DNA of 64,000 nucleotides from Cetorhinus maximus (lineage: Eukaryota), in the NCBI RefSeq assembly GCF_964194155.1, contig NC_135915.1, forward strand, positions 2,046,001 through 2,110,000. The letters run 5' to 3'. The notes beneath the pieces were generated by a model, which had not been told where the DNA came from, did no database searches, and saw only the letters and a list, made by a program, of their open reading frames with translations. Positions 25,451-37,639 of this stretch are shown here, piece by piece (the stretch's first letter is position 1; every line of letters starts with the position of its first letter). The position numbers and the translations under genes are program-made.

Positions 25451-25729
25451 AGAGCCCGCACAGCTCCCCGCCCCCACCCCCCACCACGCGCCCCGCACAC
25501 AGCACCCACTGCCCCACCCTCTAAGCATTTAAGTTCTTCACACTAAGGCTATCCCAATTTATAATGGGGACTGCGAAACCCCCTCCTATTATTACCCTTA
25601 TATATGCACACTTTTCTGAGATTTTCCTATATATCTGAACCTCTGCCCCCCTCCCGCTCCTCCCCGCCCTCAGACTGCTTGGTGATCCAAAGTGTCAGTC
25701 ACTGGCAAAACCTGTGTATGGGACAATGA

Positions 25730-26880
25730 TCGAAACAGAGCGTCAGACACTCTATGTACCATTGGATCTTACCCTGTCTGAATCAGTGGATAAGACACTT
25801 TTTGATCCATTGGATCTGACAGTGCCTGATCCTGATGATCTGAAATGAACCAAAGCGCCTGACACACTCTGCACATTTGCATCTTACTCTGTCTGAATCA
25901 GAGCACCTGGCACTGACGTTTAGAGTGGATCTCATACTCTCTAGGCCATAGAATCAACATTTTCTGATCCAATGGGTCTGTCACTTCCTGATCCAGTGGA
26001 TCTGACACTGAACCAGATGATGTGGCATTGGATGATCCACAACACCAGACACCGCCTGTACCATTGACTCCCGCCCTCTCTGGACCAGCGTATCGGATAC
26101 TTTCTGTACCAGTGGATCTGAATCCATCGGAATCAGACAATATCACATTGTCTGAATTGGAACACCTGACAATAATTGAAAAAGAAACCTGGCCTTAACA
26201 AAAGCAGGGGATCTGACACTCTCTGAACCAGAGGACCTGGCACTGCCTCCTGTAGGGCCTCTGGCAGTGTCCGAACAAGAGCATCTGACGCTGACTCTAA
26301 CACTGGGCCTCACTCTCTCTAGGCCAGATGGTCTGACGCTGTCTGACATACTGGACCTTACACTGTCTGATCCAGAGGATCTAACACACGCTTTATCAGT
26401 GAATCTGACTCTATGAGAACCAGAAGATCTGACACTGCCTGAACCACAGTGTCTAACGCTGCCTGAACCAGACGACCTGCCAGTTTTCAAACCAATGGGC
26501 ACATCACTATCAGGAGCAGCGGACCACCCTGTCTGAACCAGAAGGACTGAAATTACCTGTTCCTGTTGATCTGACACGGTCTGAGCATTTGAATCTGACA
26601 CTGTCCGATTCAGTGTACCGAGCACGATCTGGACAAGAGGATATCTTTCTGTCTGAGGCAGATGATCTGACAATGTCCGTTCCAGAGGACCTGACACCGT
26701 CTTAACTATAGGATCTTAAACGGTCTGATCCAATGGACCTGAGCTATTTGAAAAGTTAGGCCTGACGCTGTTTGAGCCAAGGCATCTCACTTTGTATGCT
26801 CAATGGATCTGACACTGCCTGAAACAGTGGACCTAACACTATGTGATTCATTTGATCTCAATCTGTCTGACCCAGTGGAT
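25730..26880. repeat. Degenerate 24-bp tandem repeat (gatctgacactgcctgaaccagag; DLTLPEPE-like on +)
   Basis: About 45-48 diverged units. The + frame reads DLTLSDPE/DLTLPEPQ; the - ORF 26143-26697 reads VRSSGSDS repeats. Confidence 0.8.
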
Positions 26881-27049
26881 GTCTGTGCCTCTATAAATGT
26901 TAAATAAATATTGTCCACAATGGGTAAATTTATGGGCAACCTGGTGCCTCCCATGACATTCTTGCACAGTTAGTGGGAAAATGTGTTCAGGATGCCGGGA
27001 ACAGTCGAGTGGGTGAGTTAATTCAGAGCCTGGAATTAGCTACATGCTG

Positions 27050-27760
27050 GGAGTAGCTGGCCGCTCATGCCCTAGAGTGGAGAGCGCATGCCCGGTCTCG
27101 GGAATGCCAGTTGGTGCGGAGGTGCTGTGGTGGTGCGGAGGTGTGGAGGTGGGGCGGGGAATCAATGGACGGTAATGCGTGCGCAGATCCAGGAAGGGAA
27201 AGTTGCACTCGTGTGCAAATAAGTTGGGGAAGGCGAAACTAAGCATATGTCTTTTTGGACACTTGGCGCATGCACAGAAGAGGAAGGGTAGGGTGGACTG
27301 GGTGTGTTCCCTAAGGAATTTTGGGGATGAATGCAATGGCCAGATGTCTGGCGATTGTGCAGACCGGCGTCGGTGTGTGGCAAAGGGAAGAAGCAGCGGG
27401 AGAGTGCGGCGGGAGAACGGGATGGGAGACAGCGGCACTGGTGAGCGCGCAGATGGAATTTCCCAGCTGGTGGGTGTTGGAACGAAGAAACTGAGCATGC
27501 GCGGTACCGGCATGGCATAACCAGGTGTTCCCCTATGAGGCAGAGCGGCGACACAGTGCGTGCGCGATGGTCAAGTGCTGGGTGGGTGGGGGGAGGGGGC
27601 GTTGTGACAGTGTGAATTTGGTGGATGGAGGAGCCTGGACTGCGCATGCGTGAGCAGTAGCAGTGGGACTGCGCATGCGCACAGGCGGCTGGCGGGAAGA
27701 GGATCGTGTGATTGTCGATCCACAAATAAATGTTCTGGCAGCGGCTGCGCCTGCACAGGA
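27050..27760. promoter_or_regulatory. CpG-island-like promoter with clustered NRF1-type (GCGCATGCGC) motifs
   Basis: GC- and CpG-rich against a CpG-poor background. gcgcatgc-like sites at ~27084, 27266, 27494, 27641 and 27670 (perfect tgcgcatgcgca), a GC box at ~27150 and a G-run at 27579-27600. Confidence 0.6.
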
Positions 27761-27839
27761 ACGTGAGTTCAAACCATTATACAAAGTTCAACTGAAGATG
27801 GATCTCACACAAAGGAATTTCAGTGTTCAACCAGAGAAT

Positions 27840-28430
27840 GACCCCACACTGGGGCTGTGGCAGAGAGCAACAAGAGTGGGATCCTACACTGGGGCTGTGT
27901 CAGAGATCAACTAGAGTGGGATTCCACACTGGGACTGTGTCGGAGATCAACTAGAGAGGGATTCCACACTGGGGCTGTGTCACAGATCAAGTTGAGAGGG
28001 ATCTCACACTGGGGCTGTGTCAGAGATCAACTTGAGAGGTATTCCACAATGGGGCTGTGTCAGAGATTAACCGGAGAGGGATTCCACTCTGGGGCTGTTT
28101 CAGAGATTAACTGGAGAGGGACACTCAACACTGGGAGTGTACCTGAGCAATTTGAACCCTCCTTGCGTGGAGTCAAAGATCAACTAGGACATTCTCCCAG
28201 ATTGGGGGCTTTCATTCATCAACTAGAGAGGAGTCTTAGACTGGACAGTATGTGACATCAACTGGAGAGGGATCCGACTCTGGAAAGTGTCTCAGTTCAA
28301 CCAGAGAGTGATCCCAAATGTGGAGTATTTGAAATCAAGTATAGAGGGATCCCCCACTGGGGGATGTATCAGAGATCACCTAGAAAGGCATGCCACACAA
28401 GGGGTTCCTGAGATCAATTAGAGAGGGATA
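27840..28430. repeat. 40-bp minisatellite (ccacactggggctgtgtcagagatcaactagagagggatt)
   Basis: Exact 40-nt period from 27884 to 28100, decaying towards the 3' end. Confidence 0.9.
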
Positions 28431-30369
28431 CCTCTCAACAGGTGTTGAGTGGAGGGGGTCGAAGCGAAGGCAATGTGCCTGTTTATCGGATAGGTATTTC
28501 ATGCTGCCTCTGATCTATTTCAGAGAATTACATAGGATTTGCATTCGAGAAGCAGTGCATTTGGATCCTCTGATCCGCACTGTTGTTTATTCTCACACCA
28601 GCCACCTTGAACCCCCTACTTCAATTTCCCCATCACCGGATCTTCTATTCCTTTCTCCCTCATCTGTTAATCCAGTTTACCCTCCCCTGTACCTCCTTTA
28701 GGTGGAGAGCCAATCTTCACCTCGACCACTCCCCGTGCAAGCGAGCTCCGCATTTCCATTGCTTTCTGAGTGAAGAAGTTCCCCCTGAATTACCCGACTG
28801 GAATAAAAGCTTAGATTTATCTTGTCTTCAAACCATCCTTTGCCACCCGGTTCCATTGCAGCGCTACGTTTCCACAGTCATTAACAAGAAATGCATTGGT
28901 TTTCCTTTGGAGACATTCTGTAGTGGTGAAAGTCGCTGAAGGAATGCACAACCTCATATTGATCCCTGGCTCTTCAATTGAGACTCCAATATGGGGAATT
29001 GCGATTCGTGCTAACGACACACTCTCCAGTCGGAAACCATTGTGACAATGTGCTTTTTTGTCAACATATTCGCCATGTTTGTCGACACCATCCTGCATCG
29101 CCCACTTCCATAATTACCCCCGTTTACTGAATGCTTATCGGTGACTGTGTCCTATCGGCCAACTGTCTACAAGTTCAGCAGCTACTGCGCGTGAGTGTTG
29201 CATTTTCACCATCCCAACATCCCCTCACCGCGCTACTGACACCCCAACCACTGTCAGTTTGTATTATGACAGCTGGATTGTAATTTTTTTGAGGGCATGG
29301 GCAGAGTTTGGGGCAAATAAATTACGTCCCTGTTTCCTGATCGGTTAATGACATGGAACGGTCCTTGGTCAATGAAAACGGAGTGAGGGAAAAGTCAGCA
29401 CCAGTGTGACACCGAGGCCACGGACTCAGCTGCCATAGTACCTGAGAAGGAAACACTTCAGATCGGGAAGCTGTAAGTTCCTGCCAGGCAGGCGGAAGTC
29501 ACTGTCGTGGTAACACGATCTGACGTTGAGGAGAGGGGAAGTGCCCAGGTGCTCCATCGAGCCCAGCTGAGCGAGGGGAGCCATGTGCGCTGGTCACCGA
29601 ATCGGATCAAGATGACTTTTGAAGAGATGGGTTACGACCCTAAGGGCTGGGTGGGATATACAAGCGGCCTGTTAGATGGCTTCATAGGTTTCTCACAGTT
29701 TCTGTGGCTTAGTGGATTAGGCAGAAAAGTACCCAATGATCTTGGCACCTCCTCCCACGGAGATTGAAGCGACCCAGGAGTTCCCATTGCTGATTCAGAG
29801 GCCCCTGTTAACTCAGACGAAGCTGGTGGCCCACTCCCTGGTAGGGATGTGGCTGCAACCAGGCTGCATTTGTCTACCGACAGGGGATAAAATACGGCTA
29901 CTTTGGAGAAAGACCACCCTGCAAACGATTATTCTGTGATCCACGCCCGCATCCCCTAAAAAGGTCCAATCATGTGTGGACATCTCTGCCCTTGGACGGT
30001 GCGACAATGCGAGGCAGGGCAGGTTGCTGAAGTAGCTCAGGAAAAAGCACGTCAAGTTGGCTTCACAAACACGAGGGTGACTGCGGACCTGAGCCCTTCT
30101 GACAACATTTATGGCATTCCAAATAGGTAATCTAGTCTGGATGACGGACCCAGCGAGTTAAGGACATCAGCTGACCACGTCTCCATGTATATACAATTGG
30201 AGTGCAGATAAAATGGAAGAAAAGGATAGACTGTTTAAACACTGAAACATTCACGGCAGACATTGAGTTCTCTACTAGAGCCTATGGCAAAACTCCTTCG
30301 TGGAAAAGGGACACCTGAGCTGCAGAAGGTGGGCGTTGAACAATATTCAGACACAGCAAGAAATAAACT

Positions 30370-32205
30370 CAGTGAGAGTGCCTTGGCTCTGAGCTATTAA
30401 AAATTTGACTATGAGTACCCATTGGCAGGAACTCCTGCCGAAATGAAACCGTTTTGTAGCAATTGATAAGGGTCCATTTTAAATTAACCTTGTTGCAAGC
30501 AATTGAAAGTGTTGCAGAAAGTAATGGAGCAAGCCCATTCTTCCTTATCGGGAGCATAACAAAACTGGGGCACCGTTCTGGAAGTTAAAAAATTGTGGAA
30601 CCCTCGGCCAGGGACCAGTCGTAACACACGTGATTTCGATTTTTTGTACTATCAGTTACGTATAATTTCAGTGGTGGCATAATGTCCATCTTCAAAAAGT
30701 ATGACAAATCTAGCTCTAATTATTACAGATTTGCTAGTTTAATATTTTGGCTGCTGGAATGAGTATGTACAAATGTTAAACTGATCAAGTTTTGAATAAT
30801 GAAGAAATAGTAGAATTGAAGATTGAATGTGAAATGAGCTGAGGTAGAATAATAACGAAGACATTCTTGAATGGAGGTTTCAGGAGCCGTACAAGCTACT
30901 AATATTTTTTTTTCCTTTGACATTTTCAATAATCGTTCAAGAAGCAGATATTAAATCCATAAGTGAGAAAAAACATGAGCATCAGTAACACTAGCTGTGT
31001 AAGAACAAATTATTCTCGACAAAAAAAACAATGGAGTTCCGATGAAGAGTTGACAGATGATGTTGCCGATGGTTTACAATTACTTTGAGGAGAGCATGAA
31101 CGCTTTCCTAGATACAAGAGCATTGGAGAAGATGAAATGGGGTTGGATTCGGGGAAGAGTTCCACAAGTGATGAAATCATGTCTGCAGACAAGGTTTGTC
31201 TTAGAAAAATCAGTTGCAGGGTCTTATTAAGACATACCGAGACCCTGAGGTATGTCAAGCTGAAAACGATTCATTCCATTAACGTGTTCCTTCATAATTC
31301 TCACAAACTTTTCACTGAATATATATATTTGAAAGCTTTCTAGTGCATATATACAAGGCCAGATGCACAAAGAGCAAATTACAATCGAACTAAAACTCAT
31401 ATCACAGAATCACAGAATGTTAGTGGCATAGAAGGAGGTCATCCGACCCATGGTGTCTCCATCGTCTCTCCAAATGAGCATGAGAGCCTAATGTCATTGA
31501 CCTGCCTTTTCCCCGTGTCCCTTCATATTGTTTTCATTCAAATAAACATCGACAGCCCTCTTGAATGCCTCGATTGCACGTACCTCCACAACCCATCCAG
31601 GCACTGGATTCCAGACGTGAACAAATTACATCTTACAAAATACCTCTTTGAATAATGTAGTACATTCAAATTAAATCCTTTTCAAATGTAAATACGTTCA
31701 ACATTTCTTAATTGTTAAAAATTAAAACCTCTTATCAACAAAAACAGAAAAAAGACTTTTACATAAATCAGGAAACTATTAAGTGGAAGCCGTAATACAA
31801 CTTGCATCATATCTGTTTGCACCACACATGAAGCTAAAAATGTAAAACTGTTTCATTCGTGGTTTTTGGAAAGCAACAGTATCGACGATGTCCTCAAATG
31901 ATGAGACACCACGTTTATCACTTTCGATGCAAATAATGCTTAGGACATTTCGCTTGCCTTGCAAGAAACTTTACTCAAATCCATGAAACGTTGTCCTGTG
32001 GAGCTGTGTAGAATCCCTCAAGTGAGATTTTTCACGAACGTGTGCCATCCTTAGAAAGATACTTTCCATTCAATGTTTCTAAACACATTGAACCCTTGTA
32101 TTTCCACAAGTTCGTATTCAAGGATATAGATATTTACCTTCTGTCAAAAGGACAATAAGCCCATGTACGAACCGAACAGGGGCACAAATGATGCTGCCTT
32201 GCGGC
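30370..32205 (+). other. Unidentified decayed coding-like sequence, copy C (longest), interrupted by a CR1 tail at ~31400-31620
   Basis: 31180-32205 is homologous to 11815-12600 and 54960-55825. The + frames give DQVLNNEEIVELKIECE, WSSDEELTDDVADGLQLL, LRHTETLRYVKLK and FLESNSIDDVLK. Confidence 0.4.
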
Positions 32206-32209
32206 TATT

Positions 32210-34929
32210 TGTTGGTTTCATGGGGTTTCTTGAGGCTAAGATTCCTGGATGAACGCTTGTTTCCGGGTGATCAAGTTATTGCAGAGAGAAAGAACATCAG
32301 AAGATTGTTGTTCGAATAAACACGTGCTATTTACTTACAAACTAAACCCTGCAACTACATTTGTTTGACAGACACATAAAACTCTGTTTTTACTCATCAG
32401 TGACTACCTCCTACTTAGATTTCCGAGACGCCATTGTGCTATTGGACATCAAGATCATGTGCCCTTAAATTAAAATACATGCCTGAAATGTCTATTACGC
32501 ATCAGGTTACTACATCCCTCCTCATTTACTCCAAAACACACTTTACATCTTTTTATTAAATCAGGTTATTGACACAGTTCAATTATTTACAAAGTCAGTT
32601 TCGCTGGTGGGGGCGGGGGGTGCTGCAGTTTCCTTATGCTTGTAGAACGCCTCAGCATCAAAGCTTCTGAAGTTTCCTTTGGATTTTCCCTCCCTGAAGT
32701 CGCCTGAGCATCTGATTCTACAGCAGCTATCTGTAAATTTGTTTCTTCGACTCTTTCGGGTGCTGTCGGTCCTTCAAATACGCTTGTCCTTGGTTGAGTT
32801 ATTTCAACAGAAAATGTTGATTCAGCCTCGAACGCGAGTCACTTCTGGGTATTTGGATTCTCCACTTCTTATTTGATCAACATGTATTCTTATTATTCAA
32901 TCTTCGACTTTCACTTTGGAGGAAAGGGGTCTCATTACAGCACTTAGTTCACCGAACAACCATGCTGTTGTTTTCTAATTGTTTTCAGAGAAACCTTCTG
33001 TCCTACATTAAATGTTTTGCCCCAACTGTGACAGTCATGTCCCATTTTATGATTTTCCTTCCTTCCTTTTGCCTCCATCCCCCCGATCACCCCCACCCAA
33101 GCCCCCAAATTTGGCACAATTAGGCTCAGTCTCGATTGGAGACTGCAATTCCTCAACAATTCAGCAGGTGTGACACCTCTTGTGGAATAAAAATGGGTCT
33201 TATTTAGTCACGACCGAATCTGCAGACAATTTCTTCGAAGCAGATTTGAACGCCTGAAATGCTCCCTCGGCGAGTACATTTGAAGAAAGGGTGGTGAAAA
33301 GATGTTTTCACATGAACAATACCATTGAGGCCTTTAAAATATTTAAATTCAGCACTTGTGAATACTGTTCTGTTATCTGACAACAGCACTTCAGTTAATC
33401 CATTTATAGTGAAGCTTTATCGTATCGTGTCTATTGTCGCTGAGGATGTGCATGACATTACTTTGTAAATGTCCATCAATTTTGAATGAACATCTATCAG
33501 AAGGAAAAACAATGTTCCCAGAAAATGTCCCACATAGTCGATGTGCACTCTTACCCATCATCTTCCTGGTCATTCCCAGTGGTGCAAGGGAGCTGTTTCA
33601 CATAATTTTTCTGCTTGCTGACATGGCATACTACTTCTCACTAGGTTTTCTATTCTTCCATCCATTACCTCAACCACACACACCTACCTGAATTGGCTTA
33701 ATTTTGGAAACTTCGGGACATGCACTGTGAATTTCAGAGAAAAATGGTGTTTGTCCTTTTGGAGACACAATCACACGATTCCCCCCACAATCAAGTACCT
33801 TATTGGCTGCCAATCCCGTATCTTCTCTGGAAATAAAGTTCAATTTCATTGCATTATTGCGGTTGTGACCAATAATAATGGACTTGGTTTCTCATCTTGA
33901 AAAAAAAACTGTGCCTCTGCTCGCCAAATCTTTAATTTGTATTGCAGATATAGGTGATGAGTCCAGGAAGTTCAATAACAAGACGCAGTCCTGAGGAATT
34001 GGAACATTCTTGACTTTTACTTGCAAGGGTAAACGATTGAGTGCACCTGCATTTGAGAATTGACTGCAAGGTCTATGAATAAAAGGCTGTTATTTCGCTG
34101 CTAAGATCAGAACCCATCTTTGTACTATTGCTGAGGCTATAGGGGGTATAGACTTATTTTAAACAAATAGATCTAATAATGGTTTGTGGCCCGTTATGAT
34201 AGTAAAATTACAACCCTGCACATATTGATGGAATATTTGAACACCGAAAGTGATCACCAGGCCGTCTTTTTCAATTTCAGGGAAGTCTTTGTCTGCTGTA
34301 GTAAGTGTTCTCAGCACAAAAATATTAGGCCGTTCTGATCCATAATCAATTCATTGGGAACGCACTGCTCCTGAAACATAACATGATGTGTCTAACGTTA
34401 ATTTCAATTCTTCCTTTGCATCAGAATGTAATGGAAGTTTTGATGGTTGTCGCAACTTTTTTTTTAACATTTGTGAAAAATTCCCCTTGGGGCGTTTGCC
34501 ATGACCATCTTTGATTTTTCATGAGCAAGTGACACATTTCGGTCGGATAAATTAGGCAAGAAACGTCCATAGTAATTCATCATCACCAAGAATGATTTCA
34601 TTTCGAATCTGTCCTTTGGTTCTGAGGCTTCATTGAAAGCTTCCACTTTTTCTTCAATTGGATGTAAGTCTTGTGAATCGACCTAGTGGCCGAGGTAAAT
34701 TACTTATTTTGCCTGGAATGTGCGTTTTTCCTTTCTCAATCTCACTCCAACCTGCAAAATTCGTTTCAGAACTCCTTCCAAATTTATCAACTTGGCCTTT
34801 TCTGTGAGGCCAGTCACGAAAACGCCATCCAAATTAACTACAACTTGGGACAATCGTTTTAATAATCTTTTCTTGGTTATTTGTATTATGGCAGAAGCAG
34901 AAGGTAAACAAAGTGTTAAATGAGTGTAT
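32210..34929 (-). mobile_element. Ty3/Gypsy pol (RT-RNase H-integrase) with PPT and 3' LTR (32210-32514)
   Basis: QVVVNLDGVFVTG (YLDD region), SFLVMMNYYGRFLPNLS and integrase LSDNRTVFTSAEFKYF..LNGIVHVKT. On the - strand the PPT gaggaggga is followed by TGTAG...AACA. Confidence 0.88.
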
Positions 34930-36700
34930 TGTCATGATTCAAGGGGAAAAGTGCACTGCAGTATCAAGCCCCAATACTCGCCGAACAGTGACACATGTGG
35001 AAAGATTCACTGGACCACCAGGTTGTCCCAATTCTATCTAATAGTAAAATGTAGGTTAAAAGAATACGATCATCATGTTTGTGCACTTAACAGGTAAATA
35101 ACTGTTCAGTAAACAAATTCTCCTTAACTAGTGGCAAAAAGGAGAATTATGAACTGCTAACTATCAACTACATAACTTAAACTCAACCCCTTTTTAAACC
35201 CTAACACAAACACAATACACACACAACTTGGATTCTAATGGTGAGATAAAACAGTTCAATAGCACCGATCTGGATTTCAGGATTAAATTGATTGACTTTG
35301 ATTGCTTTCTTCCGAATGTCATGCAGATTGTTATGGCTGACAGGAGGTGGTCTCCGGACACATGCAGTCTGTGGTTCTCTGATTAAAATTCGATTTAAAT
35401 GTCGCAGCTGGTGATTTTTCCCCTCTTCCTCCTGACAGGGGTCCGTCAATGAAATTACGATACATCGATGTGAGAAATAGCCAGCAGCTACTCTGGCAGG
35501 ATTACTGTAGTCTTACAAAACACAGAAGAGACAGGTTTCCGGTTTTTCCTCTTTTCAGGCTGGAGCTGATCTACTGCACTATCATCATACAGAACCTGGC
35601 CACCTGGTCAGGAGCCAATCAAAACGCCATCGCTCGGCAGTTCCCTCTTAAAGCAGGTCTGAGTTCGAACACCATTCCATCCCACGTGGCACATACTGTT
35701 ACAGGAAATAGCAGCATTGTAGAAATTCATTTTCCTGCTCCAGTGAACGTCACGTTTAAACTGAAACCATGGTATTTTTTTAAAGCCACAGTTAAATATT
35801 AAAACCACTGTTCAAAAAGAAAAATATTTACATGCTGCCATCCTGAAAAATATGGAACGCCATTTATGAAATACGTTTCATCACAGGGCATGTGATACAT
35901 AGACAACAGAGAGAGGACTGGCACTTATTCATCCATGCTTCCCCCTTGTACAATCTGAAGTATTAACATATTTCAATAATTTACCCCCTGGGACAATTCA
36001 TCCACAATCACATTATCGGTACATTATCAAAGTGAACAACCTTTACATTGATTGGTCGAAACAATAGAATCCATCTAAAGAGTCTCGCATTTCGAGTTTT
36101 TAGCTTTTCAATGAACACCAGCGGATTAGGATCAGTTGAGGCCAATGTTTCTTCGTTATCATCCTGCTTTTCCCTGTCCTTTATCTATGGTGCTTTGATC
36201 GTCTTTGCTTCGATTGCTATACCTTTCCTTGCTTTGGGACTTTGCTCTACTTCTTTTCTTGATCTTTAATCTTGACCTGTTCCACGTCATTACTTCTGGA
36301 TTTAGCGCAGTTTCCTTTGCATTTTGTTCCCTGCCTCCTCTTCTTGAGTTGACACGTGTTTTTCCACTTTCTTTACTTTTTGTTTTACCCTACCTTTACT
36401 TCTAGTTTAGTTACTTTCCCCTCCATCTTTGTTTTTAATCTGTTCGCAGTCTCGATTTCTACTATTTGATTTGGCATTTTTTATCTCTCTCTCTGCTTTT
36501 ACACATACAATTTTAATTTCTGGATGAGGTTGAGACCCTGGAGCCTCTCAGACACACAGTGTTTGGCCAGTGGACAAAATTGTAAACTCCCTGGCTGTTA
36601 ATATATAGGACACTGGGACGTTTTGTGAGAGGGAAGACAATTGGAACCTGAGCAATGATGCCACAGACCATGGGTATTAAATACATTTTCTCGTTGCAGT
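34930..36700 (-). mobile_element. Second LTR element, likely a non-autonomous Gmr1-like Gypsy derivative; LTR ~34930-35885
   Basis: A TG...CA-bounded ~955-bp segment truncates the neighbouring RT. The - strand RNase H end (TDPNPLVFIEKLKTRNARLFRWILL.RP.NVKVVH...NVIVDELS) lies just before it, which fits the Gmr1 order with RNase H last. Confidence 0.6.
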
Positions 36701-36779
36701 TATATCATTTATTCCATTTGTCTTTCATTTCGTAAATTAGGTACTTCTTTCAGTTGAGTGTTGCAGCGCGAAGTGAATT

Positions 36780-37510
36780 GAAACTGCACCGAATGCGGGG
36801 AGAAGTAAATGGAAACTGCACCGACTCTGGGTCAAAGTGGATACAAACTGCATTAACCGCGGGGAACTGATGACACAAACTGCACTGGCTGTGTGGAAAA
36901 GTCGACACAAATTTCACCGGCTGCACAGAAAAGTGAAAACACATTGCACTGTGTGTTCTGGCTGTGGGGAAAATCGATACAAGCTGCATCGAATGCGGGG
37001 AAAAGACGATCAAAGCAATACCTACTGTTGGGGAAAAATGGACAATAACTGCACTGACTGCAGGTGAAAGTAAATTTACACTCCACGAACTGTTGGGTAA
37101 ACTGGATACCAAATGCACCGACTGTGGGGTAAAATGGACGCAAATTGCACCGATTCTGGGACAAATTTGGCACAAACTGCACCGACTGTTGGTAAAATTG
37201 GACATAGACTGCACCGATTGTGAGTAAAAATGGATACAAACTGCACTGGCTGCAGGTGAAAGTGGATAGAAACTGCACCCACTGCGGGGAATAGTTGATT
37301 TAAATTGAACTGATTGTCGGGTAAAGTGGACACAAACTGCACCAACTGCGGGGCAAAGTGGGCACAAACTGCGCCGGCTGGGGGGCAAAGTGGGCACACA
37401 CTGCGCCGGCTGGGGGGCAAAGTGGGCATAACCTATGCCAACTGTGGGCAAAGTGGGCACAGACATAACCGACTGGGTCAAAGTGGGCACAAACTGCGCC
37501 GGCTGGGGTG
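36780..37510. repeat. 32-bp minisatellite (aaactgcaccgactgtggggtaaagtggacac)
   Basis: aaactgc at 36781, 36813, 36845, 36877 and onward; about 23 units. Confidence 0.9.
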
Positions 37511-37639
37511 CAAAATAGAGAGAGATAGAGAGAGATGGGCAGAGATAATGAGAGAGTGAAAGAGAGAGAAGGAGGGATGAAGTGTGTATGATATAGGGCG
37601 AGAGCGAAAGTGAAAGAGAGAGAGATGACACAAAGATTG

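Noticed and set aside
27840-28430. CRISPR-like array or V(D)J recombination signal array
   Set aside because: Units are contiguous with no unique spacers, there are no cas genes, and the context is eukaryotic. cacactg/cagtgtg is not the CACAGTG heptamer and no nonamer is present.
36750-37631. 293-aa ORF with Cys-containing repeats
   Set aside because: The repeat unit is 32 nt (not a multiple of 3) and several frames are open, so this is a minisatellite artefact.
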